Positions 58,699 through 64,000 of a stretch of DNA of 64,000 bases are shown here, piece after piece (the stretch's first letter is position 1; each line of letters opens with the position of its first letter). Origin of the DNA: Thalassovita sp. (GTDB lineage Bacteria > Pseudomonadota > Alphaproteobacteria > Rhodobacterales > Rhodobacteraceae); contig NZ_OY829290.1 in assembly GCF_963691685.1 (NCBI RefSeq), positions 721,307 to 785,306 of the forward strand, written 5' to 3'. The position numbers were made by a program, and so were the translations under genes. The notes under the pieces were generated by a model. It did not search any database and was not told the DNA's origin. It worked only from the letters and a program-made list of their open reading frames with translations.

Positions 58699-61335
58699 TT
58701 AAGGATCGGAAAGAAACCGAAACTTGATCTCGAAGCAAGCGCCGTGGTTTACGCTTAGTGCTTTGATGGTACCATTTAATTCCTCGATGATCGACCTACT
58801 CATGTAAAGCCCTATACCGCTTCCACCTTTGTCTTTCTTTGTCGAAAAAAATGGTTCGAACACACGCTCAAGGTTTTGGTCAGGAATTCCAGGCCCAGTG
58901 TCATGTACGTGGATTTTCAAATCCTGGTCCCCAGAGGTAAAGGTGATACCAATCTGGCGATCGGATGAGGACTGCTCCTCCATCGCTTGCTTGGCGTTTA
59001 CAAGTAGATTCACCATCGCTTGCTCAAAAAGTATCGGACGGCCATCAATCTTATAAGCCTCGGAACCTGCGCACACGTTAACTTTTACATTCCCCAACCT
59101 CAACTGTTCACGAACCAAATCGAGCGCTGATTGAGTCTTCTCCACTGGATCGAAAACACTCGTCTCCTCATCACCAACTTTCAAGACGAAGTTTCGGATA
59201 CCCTGAATGAGCGCTCCAGCTCTCAAAGCCTGCGCTTCAATCCTCTCAGCCTTCGCAATGAGGTGCATTTGCGCAAGGTCACCAGATTTAGCTCTCTCTA
59301 CTAAGCCGCCAGCAGCCAGGGCTACCACGTTAAGGGGCTGATTGAGTTCATGTGCAAATGAACTAGCCATCTCACCTAGCGCAGCGAGACGCGAAGCGTG
59401 GATCAGCTTTGCCTGAGCCTCTTTCAAAGCACCCAAGTTTTGAGCAATGAAATAGGAAGTTGAACGATCCAACTCCATCTGACCTAAGCTGTTTGTGTAA
59501 GGGTCGAAGTCTACCGGCTCGGTACCAATCTTACTAACAATCAGGTGAACAGCCCTTCCATTTTTTGTTGCAACATCGTACAGTATTTTTGTGTCTAGTT
59601 GCTTGCCATATCCCGCCACTGCCTCTTGAGTTTCTTTTAGGAAGTTAGATATGGGCCGCCCCAAGACATCAATCTCCGTAAATCCCGTCAGTTCTTGTAG
59701 CGCAGGATTCCAAATTTTTATTCTTCCGTCAGCATCTGTAGCGAAAACAGGAGTTAAAGATTGAGTGAGGAAGAATCCGAAGTTTTTTTCCGCTCTCCAT
59801 TTTTCTTGCTTCTCATTGTCGACAGCTGCCGCAAACCGAGATAACCAAGAGGAAATGATGCGGTCTTCCGTGAAGTTTGCGTTAACGGAAACGAAGGAAG
59901 ACTGGCGTTTTTTCAAGTACTCTTCAGCAATAAGTGCAAACTTGTCCACCCATCTTCGAAACAGAAAATCAATTAGTTGACCACCTAGCGTTAGAAGCGC
60001 AGCGAGAAAAGCCAGCCTCTGTATCGCTTTGGAGGTGTCCTGCTGAACCCGGAGAATATTCGTATTTAAGGCGTGATCCAAAGTGATCGTTGATGGCAAA
60101 ACTGAATCAATTGAATATTGTGCCTGTATGGTTGCTCCCAACCAAGAACGCAACGTCGGGATAGAAGGGTTAGTATCTCGCACTACTGTTGCTGCTTTTT
60201 TGTTTTGTCTAGGAGCCGCAGATCCGAAGTTGTCTTGAACACAACTGATCGTGTTTGCTTCGAAGGCGTGTGAATGAATGAAGTTTTCGACCGTCTCTGT
60301 TGACCATGAGAACAGGTAAGACTCTGATTCCCGGTCAGAGAAATAGAATGACAAAAATTGCCCCTCGTGACACCCAATCAGGATTTCTGATTGTTTTTGG
60401 AGGGTGTCGGTGAAGAAAACCTCTAATTTCTGTAAATTTTTAGAGAAGATTGGATCACGAAGTACTGATATTAAGTCATTCATGTCACCGATGCTGGTGA
60501 TCTGGGCAGGAGGCAACAACATGCTTTTCTTAGAAATTTCTTTTACTGTCTCTTGCTGTTTTGCCCCTTCAGTCCCTGCGATTTTGGCTCCCCAATAACC
60601 AGTTTCTGAGAGCAGAAGCGAGACGATGTTTTGAGTTGAGCGGCGAACTTCGATTTCAGTTCGTGTTAGCTCAGCGTCTACTCCTCGTAAGAAATCTTCC
60701 TTCAATTCAAGAAATTCGGATACAAGCAAGGGTAAAAGGAAAGCTAATCCAAAAAAAGACTGTAGAAGCCCACTGTAGGAGTTTTCTTTGACTAAACTCT
60801 CGGGAGCAGAAAGCTTTGGATTAATAAAAAGAACAGTGGTCATTAAAAACGAGGCCACCATTGCGTTCAACATTCCGTTAAGTGCCTGCTTGAATGCGAC
60901 CAAAAGCACCGTAGCCCAAGGCAGTGCGAGAACTTGACTATACAATAAAATGGCAAGGGGGGCACCTAAGCCTAGCCAAAAAAGCATTACCACAAAGTTT
61001 AATCGTGTGACCGAGGTGAAGCGGCATAAGGTTAGAACAAAAACTGCTTCGGTAGAGAAAAGTATAGCGGCTAACCAATGCCCCCAAAGTTCGACCGTAT
61101 ACAACGAACCCAAAAATGCAGCAGATAACGCCCAAAAAGGCCCTGAAACAACCATAGAGAGCCAAACAAATATCGACCCAAAGAGAAAGTTGACGCCAAA
61201 AAACATGTCTACATTGAAGGCGTTACCCAGATAAGTAAGCAGGCAAAAACACGCCCCAAGAATATGTCGATCCTTAGTTCTAAAAGGAGAGTATTGCCGG
61301 TGAGCAAAGAGGACGTTTCTGACTGGATAAAGCAT
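58699..61335 (-). CDS. sensor histidine kinase: multi-TM N-terminal domain, PAS, HisKA, HATPase_c
   Basis: About 7 predicted TM helices; PAS (ATDADGRIKIWNPALQELTGF); H-box FAHELNQPL; G-boxes DTGPGIP and GGSGIGL; start chosen at Met-60 (SD aggaaa). Confidence 0.75.
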   Translation of the reverse strand: MLYPVRNVLFAHRQYSPFRTKDRHILGACFCLLTYLGNAFNVDMFFGVNFLFGSIFVWLSMVVSGPFWALSAAFLGSLYTVELWGHWLAAILFSTEAVFVLTLCRFTSVTRLNFVVMLFWLGLGAPLAILLYSQVLALPWATVLLVAFKQALNGMLNAMVASFLMTTVLFINPKLSAPESLVKENSYSGLLQSFFGLAFLLPLLVSEFLELKEDFLRGVDAELTRTEIEVRRSTQNIVSLLLSETGYWGAKIAGTEGAKQQETVKEISKKSMLLPPAQITSIGDMNDLISVLRDPIFSKNLQKLEVFFTDTLQKQSEILIGCHEGQFLSFYFSDRESESYLFSWSTETVENFIHSHAFEANTISCVQDNFGSAAPRQNKKAATVVRDTNPSIPTLRSWLGATIQAQYSIDSVLPSTITLDHALNTNILRVQQDTSKAIQRLAFLAALLTLGGQLIDFLFRRWVDKFALIAEEYLKKRQSSFVSVNANFTEDRIISSWLSRFAAAVDNEKQEKWRAEKNFGFFLTQSLTPVFATDADGRIKIWNPALQELTGFTEIDVLGRPISNFLKETQEAVAGYGKQLDTKILYDVATKNGRAVHLIVSKIGTEPVDFDPYTNSLGQMELDRSTSYFIAQNLGALKEAQAKLIHASRLAALGEMASSFAHELNQPLNVVALAAGGLVERAKSGDLAQMHLIAKAERIEAQALRAGALIQGIRNFVLKVGDEETSVFDPVEKTQSALDLVREQLRLGNVKVNVCAGSEAYKIDGRPILFEQAMVNLLVNAKQAMEEQSSSDRQIGITFTSGDQDLKIHVHDTGPGIPDQNLERVFEPFFSTKKDKGGSGIGLYMSRSIIEELNGTIKALSVNHGACFEIKFRFLSDP

Positions 61336-61577
61336 ATGCGTTTCCTGATCTGCGCCACTAGTGATAGCCGCGCCTGTCTTCAGTCTACCGCTAACTTGGC
61401 TGTTCGGTGCCGCAATGTGTCGTTCGCATAGTTTGCATAAAAAAAAGTATAGTGTCGGTGTAATTTCGTACATATTGTGTGCAAAGAGTAATTTCGGTGT
61501 GGAACGCTGCACAGTGGACGCTTACGACAGGTAGTGGCCATGAGCGGTCGTACTCGCCCACCCGAAAGAAACGCTGA

Positions 61578-62291
61578 ATGCAAAACGTTAACATTCTCAT
61601 CGTTGATGATGATCTTTCTCTTTCCGAAGAAGTTGCAGAAGCGCTTCGAGAACAAGGTTACGGGGTAACCTTTGCAGGAAGTCGTCATCATTTCGAGAAA
61701 CTGGTTAGTGACAAAAATTTTGATGTGTTCGTCGTTGACCTGCTGTTGCCAGATGGCCATGGGCATGAAATCATTAGAGAGATCCGTCGATCCTGTTCGG
61801 CCGGGATAGTTGTGCTATCCGGAAAGGTAGAGGAGGTAGATAAGGTTGTGTCCTTCGAACTTGGTGCAGATGACTACGTAGTGAAGCCGTTCGCTAGGTC
61901 TGAGTTCGTCGCACGCATCAAAAGTCTACTTCGCCGAATTGAAGGTAGAGTTTTCCAGGAAGAATCGAATGACGCGGTAAGGTCAGTAATCGAGTTTGGC
62001 GAATTGCGAACCGACACCAATGTTCGCAAGGTTTTCGACGCTGCAGGTCAAGAAATTCAGCTGACCAAGTTGGAATTTGACCTTTGGCTTGCTTTCCTCA
62101 AAGGGCGTGACCGCGTGCTAACTAGAGAACAGCTGATCCTTTCCATCAGAGGCAGGAGCTGGGCAGGATATGATAGGTCTATAGATGGGCTTGTAAGCCG
62201 ATTGCGTAAAAAACTCGCCATCGGGTCCGGGGGTGATGACTACTTCGAAACAATAAGAGGCGTGGGCTATATGCTTCGGAGCCATCGTTAG
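61578..62291 (+). CDS. OmpR/PhoB-family response regulator
   Basis: Receiver (ILIVDDD...VFVVDLLLPDGHG) plus winged-helix trans_reg_C (LTKLEFDLWLAFL...). Confidence 0.8.
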   Translation: MQNVNILIVDDDLSLSEEVAEALREQGYGVTFAGSRHHFEKLVSDKNFDVFVVDLLLPDGHGHEIIREIRRSCSAGIVVLSGKVEEVDKVVSFELGADDYVVKPFARSEFVARIKSLLRRIEGRVFQEESNDAVRSVIEFGELRTDTNVRKVFDAAGQEIQLTKLEFDLWLAFLKGRDRVLTREQLILSIRGRSWAGYDRSIDGLVSRLRKKLAIGSGGDDYFETIRGVGYMLRSHR

Positions 62292-62794
62292 ATCAATGTG
62301 CTCAATCACTGCTCATACCATTAGTTTTTTCCCTGTGTTCAATTGCACCATTATTGATTGAGATCAGCTGTTTAGGCAGTTTAGGTTTGTTTTGGAAGCG
62401 TCGACAATCTCTGGTAAGTTGTGTCGACCATGACCTTGGATTGGGGTTGATCATTTCCAAGCTCGACCATCTGGTAGGTATCACATCCATCGCTCTAGAA
62501 AACATCGGCCTAAGGAAGACAAACGCGACTATTCAGAACGATCTGGGACGCTGGAATGCCGTAATAGAGTTCTCTAATTAACATTGCGCCGCCGTTTTAG
62601 GTCGAGCCTCGTCCGGTCAGCCCCGGGCGGGGCCTTCAACCGCTCTAGGCAGAGGTAGAATCGGGAACAAATAGGGATTTCAAGAGGAACAGCTTGGCTA
62701 TCCGCGCCCTCCGTAGGCAGAGGTCTGAGGTGCGACCTGTATCCGTTGAATGTGTTATATGGTGCTTTGGTTGGTCCATGACGCTGACTTCAAC

Positions 62795-64000
62795 GTAAGC
62801 GGTGCGCCGATCACACGGTTTTAGCGTAGTTCCAAGGCAGCAGTTCATTGATGTGGGTTTGCTTGTGCCCGCCAGCAATGGCTGTGAGTACGCCGCACAG
62901 ATATGCGTGTGGCTCGATACCGTTGAGTTTGCAGGTCTCGATCAGTGACGCGATGGCGGCCCAGTTCTGTGCGCCAGCGTCGTGCCCGGCGAAGAGCGCG
63001 TTTTTGCGGTTTAGAGCAATGGGTCGGATGGTGCGTTCGACGGAGTTGTTGTCGAGTTCGATGCGACCATCGTCGAGGAACAGGATTAGCCCATCCCAGT
63101 ATTTTGCGATGTATTTCAGGGCCTCTCCAGTTGGGGATTTGGACGAGACACGGGCACGACCTTGGGCAAGCCAAAGCTCGAGGGTGTCGATGATAGGTTT
63201 TGAGCGCTCCTGCCGTGCAGCATTGCGTTGGTCTGCGGTTAGGCCACGCAGGTCTTTTTCGATGCGATAGAGCGCCTGAATGTGCGCCAAACCCTCCTGC
63301 GCGATCGGGGCAATGCTGGACTGGGTAACATCATGCAAGTTGCGGCGTGCATGGGCCCAACAATAGGCCAGCCTCACATCCTGTGCGGGCCGTTTGAGCA
63401 AGCGGTTGTAGCCAGCATAGCCATCCACCTGCAGGGTGCCGCTGAAGCCTTTCAAGATATTGTCTGCATGCTGGCCGGATCGCCCTGGCGCATAGGTGAA
63501 GGCCACACCGGGCGGATCATCACCGCCCCATGGGCGATCATCACGGGCCAGCGCCCAGAAGTATCCGGTTTTGGTCTTTTTCCGCCCTGGGGCCAGAACC
63601 GGTGCCGGTGTCTCGTCCATGAACAGCTTGGTTGAGCGCTTCAGATCGGCCATCAGCGCCTCATAGACCGGGGCCAACTCGAATGCCGATTTGCCCACCC
63701 AAGCGGCCAAGGTCGAGCGATCCAGATCGATGCCCTGGCGACTGTAGATTTGCGCCTGTCGATAAAGCGGCAGGTGGTCCGCGTATTTGGAGACCAGAAC
63801 ATGCGCCAAAGTGGCTTCGGTCGGCATGCCGCTTGCAATGATGTGTGGTGGTGCTGGGGCCTGAGTGATCCCGTCCTCGCAGGATCGGCAGGCGTATTTG
63901 GGGCGACGGGTGACGATAACGCGGAACTGTGCAGGGATGATGTCCAAACGTTCGCTCACATCCTCACCTATGACATGACGCGCGGTTCCGCAGGCGCAGG
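62795..64000 (-). mobile_element. IS66-family element, partial (right end plus tnpC; continues beyond window)
   Basis: Terminal GTAAGCGG... inverted-repeat-like end 16 bp past the transposase stop. Confidence 0.65.
62811..64000 (-). CDS. IS66-family transposase TnpC (N-terminus beyond window edge)
   Basis: ERLDIIPAQF..KYACRSC zinc-finger, LVSKYADHLPLYRQ, DETP, GYFWAL signature blocks of IS66 TnpC. Confidence 0.8.
   Translation of the reverse strand, partial: CACGTARHVIGEDVSERLDIIPAQFRVIVTRRPKYACRSCEDGITQAPAPPHIIASGMPTEATLAHVLVSKYADHLPLYRQAQIYSRQGIDLDRSTLAAWVGKSAFELAPVYEALMADLKRSTKLFMDETPAPVLAPGRKKTKTGYFWALARDDRPWGGDDPPGVAFTYAPGRSGQHADNILKGFSGTLQVDGYAGYNRLLKRPAQDVRLAYCWAHARRNLHDVTQSSIAPIAQEGLAHIQALYRIEKDLRGLTADQRNAARQERSKPIIDTLELWLAQGRARVSSKSPTGEALKYIAKYWDGLILFLDDGRIELDNNSVERTIRPIALNRKNALFAGHDAGAQNWAAIASLIETCKLNGIEPHAYLCGVLTAIAGGHKQTHINELLPWNYAKTV

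Overview
This is a high-GC (~62%) alphaproteobacterial chromosome segment with Rhodobacterales-type gene order and codon usage. The first ~49 kb is core genome with small accessory inserts; the last ~14 kb (from ~49.7 kb to the window end) is a composite island of lower, patchy GC. Core blocks are listed below in order.

- irr, divergent from fabA-fabB. fabA and fabB are split by an inserted SAM methyltransferase.
- miaB, an OmpA-like protein, a lipoprotein, then phoH-ybeY-corC-lnt.
- metK, preceded by a SAM-SAH-type riboswitch.
- A BASS transporter, trmB and aroA.
- An isochorismatase/MarR insert, cmk, a nitroreductase, and minus-strand GNAT and glycosyltransferase-like genes.
- rpsA-ihfB-lapA-trpF, a GNAT, trpB and a DsbA-like gene.
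- Two tandem aberrant tRNA-like genes.
- An SPFH protein, a DUF4344 protein, two PepSY proteins with poly-acidic tails, and a membrane LuxR regulator.
- A serine hydrolase, DUF2332, pth, an ABM protein and rplY.
- A sulfatase-like protein, a sulfotransferase and lldD.
- trpA, inverted and unlinked from trpFB.
- ychF, and yjbF/yjbH-like exopolysaccharide genes.

The island starts at a 5'-half tRNA-Ser(GCU) fragment (49734-49774). It carries two coupled unknown genes, a 25-aa hydrophobic peptide with a perfect SD, an IS3 element truncating a GTA/phage host-specificity gene, and a SAR-endolysin plus overlapping Rz/Rz1 spanin cassette with no visible holin. It ends with an AT-rich two-component block (a multi-TM PAS histidine kinase and three REC proteins) and a partial IS66.

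The most system-like novelties are these:
- A candidate graspetide-like RiPP trio at 1.0-3.2 kb: a HExxH protein, a 61-aa K/D/E/S/T-rich peptide, and a divergent ATP-grasp ligase.
- The PepSY/poly-acidic-tail/membrane-LuxR module at 33.4-35.3 kb.
- The coupled unknown gene pair on the island.
- The self-contained low-GC signalling island.

Every call rests on motif recognition by eye; no database searches were run.
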